Shown here in pieces: positions 12,183 through 20,000 of a stretch of DNA of 20,000 nucleotides. Made by a program: the position numbers and the translations under genes. The stretch covers positions 3,071,162 to 3,091,161 of the forward strand of contig NC_057753.1 of NCBI RefSeq assembly GCF_004010195.1, read 5' to 3'. The stretch is from Chiloscyllium plagiosum (Eukaryota). The notes beneath the pieces were generated by a model. The model was not told the DNA's origin. It was given only the letters and a program-made list of their open reading frames with translations, and did no database searches. Position 1 is the first letter of the stretch; each line of letters begins with the position of its first letter.

Positions 12183-12440
12183 AAGATATAAAACAGACCT
12201 AAGAGGAAACTTATTCACGCAGAGTGTGTGTCTGTATGGAATGAGCTGCCAGAGGATGTGGTGGATGTTAGTACAATTGCAACATTGAAAAGGCATCTGG
12301 ATGGGTATATGAATAGGAAAGGTTTGGAGGGATATGGGCTGGGTGGTGGCAGGTGGGACTAGATTGGGTTGGGATACCTGGTTGGCATGGACGGGTTGGA
12401 CCAAAGGGTCTGTTTCCATGCTGTACATCTCTATGACTCT
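12183..12440 (+). mobile_element. HER1-like LINE 3' end inserted in the GPCR pseudogene
   Basis: Matches 16141-16398 and ends in CTCTATGACTCT; removing it restores CTCTCCAG|ATGCATC (LSRCI). Confidence 0.9.
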
Positions 12441-12791
12441 ATGCATCGTGCTGTTTATGGCAGTACAGACCTCCTGGTCATTATCGCTGCAGTGATATCA
12501 AATTGAATTGCATTCTTTATTTTCCAGATTGTTTCTTAATCATTACGCGGGATTCAGTTTCAGCATTGCATGATTTTATGCACACTGACTCCGTTCTATA
12601 TGATTAACTATGATTTTCACATTTGACGGACGTAAAACATTTTGTTGCCTGAAACCAAAACCAAAATATTACACTGAGAAAACAGCTGCTGCTGTTATAG
12701 GAATGGTGCAAATGTGTTAGCTTTTTCACTTAATATTCCCCGGTATTTTATGCATAAGTGAATTTGCAGAATTGATAGCACAACATGGTTT

Positions 12792-13063
12792 TAGATTAAA
12801 TTCCCTACAGTGTGGAAACAGGCCCTTCGGCCCAACCAGTCCACACCGACCCTCCGAAGAGTAACCCAACGGGACCCATTTCCCTCTGACAATGCACCTA
12901 ACACTATGGGCAATTTTGCATGGCTAATTTACCTGACCTGCACATGTGGGAGGAAACCAGAACATGCGGAGTAAACCCACACAGACACAGGGAGAATGTG
13001 CAAATTCCACACAGACAGTCGCCCGAGGCTGGAATCGAACCTGGGACCCTGGTGCTGAACCAC
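12792..13063 (-). mobile_element. HE1-like SINE inserted in the GPCR pseudogene
   Basis: Reverse-complement match to 44-340; removing it restores TGG TTT|TGT (WFC). Confidence 0.9.
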
Positions 13064-13188
13064 TGTGGACAGAAGAATACACATTATACTTTCCCTTTAT
13101 GGAGCTCTTTGATTGGTTTGACCATATTATAACTCCTCAGCTCCCACTCTTTCTGACTGTTCTGTTTAATGCTGTGACTGTTAGACAT

Positions 13189-13438
13189 AAGTATGTAAGT
13201 TACCTCACTGAGCTGGAAGGTTCGTTTTCAGATGTTTCATCACCACTACTAGGTAGCATCATCAAAGGGAGTCTCCGGTGAAGTGTTGGGACATACCACC
13301 AGAGCTTCACCGGAGACTCTCACTGATGATGTTACCTAGTCATGGTGACGAAACATCTGTAAGCTAACCTTCCAGCTCAGTGAGCAAACTTACATACTTA
13401 CCATCAACCTGGGCTACAAATCTTCTCAAAAACCACCA
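13189..13438. mobile_element. Inverted-repeat Penelope-like insertion (family B) with hammerhead-like core
   Basis: AAGTATGTAAGTT..CTCACTGAGCTGGAAGGTT...GAGTCTCCGGTGAAG pairs with CTTCACCGGAGACTC...AACCTTCCAGCTCAGTGAG..AACTTACATACTT; core CTGATGA-T-GTTACC/GGTGAC-GAAAC at 13323-13354; TSD ACTGTT(A/G)GACA at 13177-13187 and 13439-13449. Confidence 0.75.
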
Positions 13439-13739
13439 ACTGTTGGACACATTCTGCCGGCCAGTAGAAACCGTAAGGGGGCTCTGCGCTCAAGTGGGGA
13501 AAACAAAGGTCGTCAAAGAGGCAGAGAGCCAGAGAAAGTCTGTCATTTTACCACAGGTATTTGCAGTATCTGGTATTTTCGCCATGACCAGAGTGCACTT
13601 CCTATTTCTCATAGGGTAGGGAAGCTTTTGCAACACTCCATGCACACCGCAGAAACTGGGAAACTGGTGCAAAAACACAACTTGCGACCCAACAACGCCC
13701 CCTGTCCATGACTGGGCTCTGACATTGACCAAGGGAGGG

Positions 13740-14100
13740 CTTGCAAACCCCCGCGCGGGCGCAGTGGCGTCCCCTGACGCAGGCGCGCGGCGCACGCGGG
13801 CGGAAGCGCGCATGCGCGATGCAGCCTGCTGCGGCCTCCCCCTCTCGCCTCGTTCCCCCCGGTGAGAGGCTATAACAGGATGCGGGCGGGCGAGAACGGG
13901 GGTCGACTAGCCTGGGGAGGCTTCTTCAGCACACAGCGGAGGTCCCGATACCGGAATTAGGCCTTCCCGGTCGCGTGTTGACAGCGAACGGGCTGGAAGG
14001 CTGCGGGGTGCCGTCTCTCGGCGGCAGGCCCCGGGTGCCGGTCGCCATCTTTGTCGGGGGCAGCGGGCGGCCTGGGCGCATGCGCGGTCATTGCTTGGGG
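13740..14100 (+). promoter_or_regulatory. CpG island, probable promoter of the zinc-finger gene
   Basis: Sharp rise in GC and CpG; NRF1-type GCGCATGCGC at 13808-13817 and 14076-14085; ETS-type CGGAAG at 13801 and CCGGAA at 13951; YY1-type CGCCATCTT at 14043-14051; possible donor G|GTGAGA at 13861/13862. Confidence 0.7.
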
Positions 14101-14446
14101 CCAGGATCCAGAACATTGTTCCTGTCTTTCCTGAGCAGGCTGGAGGTGGACACCATAAACTCCTTTGACCAGGGGATTTACACACTTGGGGGAGCCAAGC
14201 CAACAGGAACGTTACATAAAACAGAAAGTGCCGGAAAAACTCAGATTCTGCGTGTTGAAGAAGTCAGTGGATTTGAAATGTTAATTCAGATTTCCTCTCT
14301 GCAGATGCCACTGGACCTGCAAGTTCTCCTTTTCCTGTTTCCACTCCAGGCCCTCAGTATTTTGCGTCTACTCAAGCGAAATGTTTGCCTCTTCCGAGTT
14401 TCTATTCTGAGCTGACAGTAAAGAGTCTGTGTCTGTTCTTTTGCAG

Positions 14447-14607
14447 GACATCAGGAGCAGCAAATTGACGCCTGGAAACTGAAATCAAGGGTCACATCAA
14501 AGTCTGACAGAGTCACTCAGTTCATCCGGACCCAAAACATCAAGTTTTAAAATTGGAAGACAAGCGTTCGTATCTTCTGTGGGCAAAGACTTCAGCTAAG
14601 AATTCAA
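14447..14607 (+). other. Candidate internal 5' UTR exon of the zinc-finger gene
   Basis: Strong acceptor TCTGTTCTTTTGCAG|G and donor CAA|GTAAGT between the CpG island and the ZNF exon; no transcript evidence. Confidence 0.45.
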
Positions 14608-15243
14608 GTAAGTAATTGGGAGAAAGCAAACTTCAATTGGGTATGAATGGATCTGATTCAGATTAACTGGAATCAAAACTGCAACTGAACATTGTACTGC
14701 TTTTCAGTAGAGAAAGTTCTGACATTGTCAACGTATATACTCACGAATGAGGGCACACATCTCCAAAGCTCCCGAGATGACAAATTAGATAAATTAAGAT
14801 GGAAAAGGAAAATGCACTTATGACAGATATGAGGTTGATAGTTCGACCGATATCCAGGCTAAATTTGGAATGTTCGGGGAGAATCAAATGATGAGCTATC
14901 CGAAGCAGAGCAGACGTACGAAAAGAAGCCAAAATTAATATAGACGTGAACCAAAATGTCTTCAGTCCGCATATACGTAGTAAAAATGTGTTAAAGGAGA
15001 AGTAGATCCAATTAGGAACTGAAAAGGGAGCAGAGGAGATGGAAATTGATAGAATTTGTGATAGAAACAAACTAAAATAAAAAGATAGAAACTGAAGAGG
15101 AGATGGCTGAGATTTCAAATATAGATTTTGTACCCCCTGTGTAAAGAAAGAAAATGCTATTCAGGCTTTAGAAAAAGGGAAGGAAATTAAGAGACCTGAA
15201 AGGTTTAACATTGTAACAGATATAAAATTGAATAAGCTGTGAG

Positions 15244-15372
15244 CTGAAAAATGTGTTGCTGGAAAAGCGCAGCAGGTCAGGCAGCATCCAAGGAGCAGGA
15301 GAATCGACGTTTCAGGCATAAGCCCTTCTTCAGCTCTGATCTCCAGCATCTGCAGTCCTCACTTTCTCATAG
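15244..15372. mobile_element. Family A Penelope-like insertion: inverted segment joined to the sense 3' end
   Basis: Perfect 16 bp TSD TTGAATAAGCTGTGAG (15228-15243 and 15373-15388); minus-strand core CTGAAGA-AGGGC-TTAT-GCCT-GAAACGTC. Confidence 0.8.
15306..15333 (-). ncRNA. Minimal type I hammerhead ribozyme motif
   Basis: CUGAAGA + stem II GGGC/GCCU + GAAAC-GUC; activity not shown. Confidence 0.55.
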
Positions 15373-15488
15373 TTGAATAAGCTGTGAGTCATACTTGATG
15401 AGATGCGTCCAAGGATTATTGAAGACAGTTACAGTAGAAATTGTAGTGGCAAAGACTAATTTTCCCTGAGACTTGGGACTGGTGACAG

Positions 15489-15636
15489 TCCCTGATTCTA
15501 TTCCTGATGAAGGGCTTTTGCCCGAAACGTCGATTTTCCTGCTCCTCGGATGCTGCCTGAACTGCTGTGCTTTTCCAGCACCACTCTAATCTAGACTCTG
15601 GTTTCCAGCATCTGCAGTCCCTGCTTTTACCTAACC
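15489..15636 (+). mobile_element. Family A Penelope-like terminal-repeat insertion
   Basis: 11 bp TSD ACTGGTGACAG (15478-15488 and 15637-15647); colinear with 5370-5500. Confidence 0.8.
15504..15531 (+). ncRNA. Minimal type I hammerhead ribozyme motif with intact core
   Basis: CTGATGA-A-GGGC-TTTT-GCCC-GAAAC-GTC; palindromic ACGT at the helix III position; helix I pairing is weak. Confidence 0.65.
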
Positions 15637-15907
15637 ACTGGTGACAGAAGGCTGGAGAATTGCAAATGTTACACTTCTCATTCAAAAAAGATAAGGTCAG
15701 CAACTACAAACCAGTTAAACGTGGTGGGGAAGCTTTCAAAAATGATAATTCAAATTAAAATGAACAGTAACTGGAGCAAATTTGGCTTTATTAAGGAGAG
15801 CCATCATGTCTAATGACATGATATTTTTGATGAGGTAATAAAGTTAGTTGTTAGGGTAATGTTGATGTGCTTTACATGGACTTCTGAAATACATGCTGTG
15901 CAACAGA

Positions 15908-16398
15908 AACTTGAAAGGGCTCAGAAAAGATTTACAAGATGTTGCTAGGGTTGGAGGGTTTGAGCTACAGGGAGAGGCTGACCAGGCTGAGGCTGTTTTC
16001 CCTGGAGCATCGGAGGCCGAGGAGTGACCTTACAGAGGTTTATAAAATCATGAGGGGCATGGATAGAATAAATAGACAAGGTCTTTTCCCTGAGGTGGGG
16101 GAGTCCAGAACTAGAGGGTGTAGGTTTACGGTGAGAGGGGAAAGATTTAAAAGGGACCTAAGGGGCAACTGTTTCAAGCACAGGGTGGTGCCTGTATGGA
16201 ATGAGCTGCAAGAGGAAGTAGTGGAGGCTGGTACAATTGCAACATTTAAAAGGCATCTGGATGGGTATATGAACAGGAAGGGTTTGGGGGGATATGGGCC
16301 AGGTGCTGGCAGGTGGGACTAGATTGGGTTGGGATATCTGGTCGGCATGGACGGGTTGGACCGAAGGGTCTGTTTCCGTGCTGTACATCTCTATGACT
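15908..16398 (+). mobile_element. HER1-like (CR1 clade) LINE 3' fragment
   Basis: ORF 15939-16322 GLEGLSYRERL..LFSLE.RR...RVV.VWNEL...FKRHLDGYM is the CR1 ORF2 C-terminus; CTCTATGACT tail. Confidence 0.92.
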
Positions 16399-16424
16399 GA
16401 GGTGGGAGCTCATGGAATAACAGA

Positions 16425-16543
16425 GGGGTTGTCTTGTGGTGCAGTGTTAGTGTCCGTACCTCTGGACTAGGAGACCCAGGTTCAAGTCCTACCTGCTCCA
16501 GAAGTGTGTGATTACATCCCTGAACAGGTCAATTAGAAAAATC
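16425..16543 (+). mobile_element. Short tRNA-derived SINE, distinct from HE1
   Basis: A-box-like TGGTGCAGTGTT (16437), B box GGTTCAAGTCC (16479-16489), A-rich end; interrupts the old CR1 sequence. Confidence 0.65.
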
Positions 16544-16592
16544 GATTAGAAGGGACAGCATCACATTTAATCTGAAACTGACTGAGTGGCAG

Positions 16593-16609
16593 GAGAGAGA
16601 GAGAGAGAG
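16593..16609. repeat. (GA)n microsatellite
   Basis: About 8 GA units. Confidence 0.8.
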
Positions 16610-16716
16610 GTTTCTCGTTAATAGATGCTTTTCAGATTGCGGGAATGTTAATCGTGGAGCTCCCAGGGATTGGTTTTTCTAAGTTGCGTCAAGACCCTTG
16701 AGTACAGAGTATAATT

Positions 16717-16874
16717 TTAGATTACTTACGGTGTGGCAACAGGCCCTTCGGCCCAACAAGTCCACACCGACCCTCCAAAGAGCAACCCACCCAGACCCAT
16801 TCCCCTACATTTACCCCTTCACCTAACACTACGGGCAATTTAGCACGGCCAGTTCACCCTAACCTGCACATTTT
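16717..16874 (-). mobile_element. HE1-like SINE 3' half
   Basis: Reverse-complement match to about 196-340. Confidence 0.85.
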
Positions 16875-17194
16875 TATATTTTGGCAGAGTCTCCCATGAG
16901 TTTGGACTGTCTGGCAGTTCCCATTCCCAGAAGGAATTTATGACAATCCAGCAGCTTTCGCGGTCACACTTTTTTGCCACTGCTGGCCCCACAAACGCTC
17001 GTTCATTTCCATTTCACGACGTGCCTTTGTGTTTCCACGGGTTCTTACTCACTCTGGTTTTCCTTTCTGACATCCGTTTCACAGGGCGTTCGGATGAGGG
17101 ACGCCTCCGGTCGGGGAACCGGCGCCCAACCTCCCACCTGGACCTGATCGAGTCGCCCAATTTGTGACAACCCCAACTCCGTCAAAGATTGGGT

Positions 17195-18469
17195 ATGGAA
17201 GGAGGGAACAGCGGAGGAGAACTGTGCGCCGAGTGCGGGCAGAGCTTCCCTCGGTCGCCTGACCTGCCACGACATGAGTGCGGGCCCGTCGGGGTGAAGC
17301 CGTGGAGGTGTGGAGTCTGCGCAAAAGCGTTCAATTATCCGTCGGATCTGGACCTGCACCAGCGCAGTCACACTGGCGAGAGGCCGTTTATCTGCTCCAC
17401 GTGCGGGAAGGGATTCGCTCGTTCCTCCTACCTGCTGTTACACCAGCGAGTGCACACCGGGGAGAAGCCGTTCACCTGCTCTGTGTGTGGGAAGGGATTC
17501 ACTCAGTCCTCCAACCTGCAGACACACCAGCGGGTTCACACCGAGGAGAGGCCTTTTGAATGTCCGGACTGCGGGAAATTCTACAAAAGCTCCTGGGACT
17601 TGATGCGGCACCAACGTGTCCACACCAACGAGAGGCCGTTCAGGTGCTCGTGCTGCGGGGCCGGTTTCAAACGTTCATCTCACCTCACTGTCCACCAGCG
17701 GACTCACACTGGGTGGAAGCTGTTCACTTGCTCGACCTGTGGCAAGGGATTTACCCAGTCGACCTCCCTGCTGTTGCACCAGCAAGTTCACAGCGGGGAG
17801 AGCCCGTTCACCTGCGCCTTGTGCGGCATGGGCTTCACTCAGAAATCCCATCTGCTGACCCACCAGCGGGTTCACACTGACGAGAGGCCGTTCAAGTGCC
17901 TGGTTTGTGGAAAGGGCTTTAAGAGTCCCGGTGAACTGACGCGGCACCAGCGCGTTCACTCGGACGAGAGACCGTTCAGGTGCTCCGAATGCGGGACTGG
18001 CTTCAAGCAGTCGTCTCAACTGACTGTCCACCAGCGGGTTCACACCGGGGAGAGGCCCTTCACCTGCTCCGAGTGCGGGAAGGGCTTCAGTTGCTCGTTC
18101 AACCTGCTGACCCACCAGCGGGTTCACACCGGGGAGAGGCCCTTTATCTGCTCCCAGTGCGGGAAGGGATTCACTCAGTCGTCCAGCCTGCTGACGCACC
18201 AGGGCGTTCACACCGGCGAGAGGCCGTTCGCCTGCTCCAGTTGCGGGAAGGGGTTCGCCCGGTTGTCCACCCTGCTGACCCACCAGCGCGTCCACACCGG
18301 GGAGAAACCCTTCAGCTGCTGCGAGTGTGGGAAGGGGTTCACTCAGTCGTGCCACCTGCAGAGACACCAGCGTGTCCACACTGGGGAGAGGCCTTTCACC
18401 TGCACCGTGTGCGGGAAGGGATTCACTCAGTCGTCCAACCTCACGATGCATCAGCGAGTTCACAAGTAA
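17195..18469 (+). CDS. Tandem C2H2 zinc-finger protein (14 canonical fingers plus 1 degenerate N-terminal finger), 424 aa from the first ATG
   Basis: Uninterrupted ORF of 28-aa CxxC...HxxxH repeats with TGE(K/R)P linkers; acceptor TTTCACAG|G at 17084/17085; first ATG at 17195; stop TAA at 18467-18469; possible polyA signal ATTAAA at 18591. Confidence 0.93.
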   Translation: MEGGNSGGELCAECGQSFPRSPDLPRHECGPVGVKPWRCGVCAKAFNYPSDLDLHQRSHTGERPFICSTCGKGFARSSYLLLHQRVHTGEKPFTCSVCGKGFTQSSNLQTHQRVHTEERPFECPDCGKFYKSSWDLMRHQRVHTNERPFRCSCCGAGFKRSSHLTVHQRTHTGWKLFTCSTCGKGFTQSTSLLLHQQVHSGESPFTCALCGMGFTQKSHLLTHQRVHTDERPFKCLVCGKGFKSPGELTRHQRVHSDERPFRCSECGTGFKQSSQLTVHQRVHTGERPFTCSECGKGFSCSFNLLTHQRVHTGERPFICSQCGKGFTQSSSLLTHQGVHTGERPFACSSCGKGFARLSTLLTHQRVHTGEKPFSCCECGKGFTQSCHLQRHQRVHTGERPFTCTVCGKGFTQSSNLTMHQRVHK

Positions 18470-18834
18470 GTGCAGCGGTTGGGGCTTGCTGTCGGTCGCT
18501 GAACCACGTTTGTTGAGTCTATTTCCGCTAATGTTCATAAAGTCCAGCCCAGTTATCAGGGACAACACGGTAAAAAAACAAATGAGTTTTATTAAAGGTC
18601 AGTAAGTTCCTTTTGGAAGGGCTGTCTCCTTCTTGGGCCCTTGTCTTTGGAGGTGGGAGAGGTCTGGGATACCTTCTCCGGCAAGTTCGAACAGCACTCG
18701 TGGATCCCGGATATCTGGCGCTCCTTCGGGAATCCGTCCAGCTGAGGAGAGACAGAGGGTCGGGGGGAGGCCATTCAGCCGCTTGTGCCCATGTCACTTT
18801 AACCACACTGTCTTGCCTGCTTCCCGTAGAGGGC

Positions 18835-18920
18835 TAGGCAAAAGTGAAGGCTGCGGATGCTGGAGACATCAGAGTCGAGAGTGTGGCGCTGGAAAAGCGC
18901 GGCAGGTCAGGCAGCATCCG
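18835..18920 (-). mobile_element. Family A Penelope-like 3' fragment without the ribozyme core
   Basis: Reverse-complement match to 5420-5500 and 15547-15633. Confidence 0.75.
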
Positions 18921-18934
18921 GGCGACGCTCGATT

Positions 18935-19235
18935 GAGAGATTGTTTCCTCTGGTGGGAGAAGTCGGAAAGTACAGGGGCCCGGTCTCGGGAGGGAGGGGA
19001 CAGTCTCTCAGCAGTGAGATAAGGAGGCGCCGCCTCAATTGAAGGAACGTGAATTTGGAATTGTCCACCCCAACAGGTTGGGGACGCTTCATTGCTGGAT
19101 ATATTTCGGGCTGAGACATAAACTGGGGTCTTACAGGGAATGGGGTGGGGCGGGGGGATGTAGGGGTGGACAAAAAAGGTGCAGTGAAGCCTGAGATCAG
19201 CCCTTATCCTATCCAGTAACACAGCAGGCTGGACT
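18935..19235 (+). mobile_element. Decayed CR1-like LINE 3' end
   Basis: ERLFPLVGE peptide, GTGAATTTGGAATT and GATATATTTCGGGCTGAGA motifs resembling the CR1 ORF2 end. Confidence 0.55.
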
Positions 19236-19287
19236 CACCAAATGGTCTCAAAAACATCACACAGCAGAAGAGGAACCATAATGTCTG

Positions 19288-20000
19288 CAGAGTCATACAG
19301 CACAGAAACAGACCCCTCAGTCCTACTCATCCATGCAGACCAGATGTCCCAACGTAAGCTAGTCCCATTTGCCAGCACTTGGCGCGTATCCCTCTAAACC
19401 CTTCCTATTCGTATACCCAGCCAGATGCCTTTTAAATGTTGTAATTGTACCAGCCTCCACCACTTCCTCTGACAGGTTACACCCGAAACTCGACTTTTCC
19501 GACTCCTGATGCTGCTGTGTTCTTCCAGCCTCCTGCCTGTCCACATTCCATACACGTACCACTCTCTGTGTGAAAAGGTTTTCCCACCACAGGGAAAAGA
19601 CTTTGTCAATTAACCCCGTCCATGGCCCTCATGACTTTTTAAACCTCCATAAGGTCACTACTCAGCCTCCGACGCTCCAGGGAAAACAGCCCCAGCCTGT
19701 TCAACCTCTCCCTGTAGCTCAAACCCTCCAACCCTGGCAACATCCTTGGAAATCTTTTCTGAGCCCTTTCAGGTTTCACAACATCTTTCCGATAGGAAGG
19801 AGACCAGAGTTGCACGCAATATTCCAACAGTGGCCTAACCAATGTCCTGTACAGCTGCAACATGACCTCCCAATTCCTATACTCAATACTCTGACCAATA
19901 AAGGAAAGCAGACCAAACACCTTTACTATCCTATCTACCTGTGACTCCACTGTCAAGGAGCTATGAACCTGCACTGCAAGGTCTCTCTGTTCAGCAACAC
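19288..20000 (-). mobile_element. HER1-like LINE 3' region running off the window, with a small foreign insert at 19476-19543
   Basis: ORF 19639-19974 QLYRTLVRPLLEYCVQLWSP...GLEGLSYRERLNRLGLFSLERRRL; AGAGTCATA tail at the left end. Confidence 0.92.

Larger units (their letters stand above)
12131..13670 (+). pseudogene. GPR139-like GPCR pseudogene, paralog of 1033-1958, split by three insertions
   Basis: Colinear remnants: NLVVIVILSTGRCNLS (12133) | LINE | (R)CI...DLLVIIAAVISN*IAFFIFP...IFTFDGRKTFCCLKPKPKYYTEKTAAAVIG...TWF (12791) | SINE | C...FDWFDHIITPQLPLFLTVLFNAVTVRH | inverted repeat | HILPASRNRKGL...ESQRKSVIL..VFAVSGIF. Contains stops and frameshifts; the 3' limit beyond 13580 is uncertain. 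Confidence 0.85.
14900..16716 (+). mobile_element. Ancient decayed CR1-like ORF2 body fragmented by younger nested insertions
   Basis: Ordered RT-region remnants: EEMAEI (~15097), WRIANVT...KDKVSNYKPV (~15654-15716), VDVLYMDF (~15861) and GAPQG (GVPQG-like, ~16656). The 5' boundary is uncertain. Confidence 0.7.

Noticed and set aside
13490..14415. ORFs of 98-146 aa across the CpG island
   Set aside because: Stop-poor GC-rich sequence; no recognisable domain.
15939..16322. 127 aa ORF (and 19639-19974) as host genes
   Set aside because: C-terminal fragments of CR1-type ORF2 in truncated LINE copies.
17300..18466. Regular ~84 bp periodicity that could suggest a CRISPR-like array
   Set aside because: It is the 28-codon zinc-finger repeat; no repeat/spacer structure or cas genes, and the context is eukaryotic.
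17675..18568. 297 aa antisense ORF and alternative-frame ORFs over the ZNF exon
   Set aside because: Expected shadow of GC-rich 84 bp zinc-finger repeats; no independent coding signal.

Overview
Eukaryotic (vertebrate) genomic DNA, inferred to come from a cartilaginous fish (shark) because it carries HE1-type tRNA-derived SINEs, HER1/CR1-type LINE 3' ends and a GPR139-like receptor. Genes: (1) the intact large coding exon of a class A GPR139-like orphan GPCR (1033-1958, +), whose first exon was not found in the window; (2) a decayed paralog of that GPCR (~12131-13670, +), absent from the ORF track as a unit because three insertions split it; (3) a C2H2 zinc-finger gene with 14 canonical fingers and no KRAB/SCAN/BTB domain in the visible ORF (17195-18469, +), with a probable CpG-island promoter at ~13740-14100. 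Most of the rest is retroelement debris: CR1-like LINEs, a Rex1/Babar-like LINE, SINEs and a tRNA-Glu-like pseudogene. The most unusual signal is a set of short non-coding insertions from at least two families. Several are inverted or palindromic, four have 11-16 bp target-site duplications, and most carry minimal hammerhead-ribozyme cores (CTGANGA-stem-GAAACGTC), as expected for Penelope-like element termini. All alignments were by eye and repeat boundaries are approximate.
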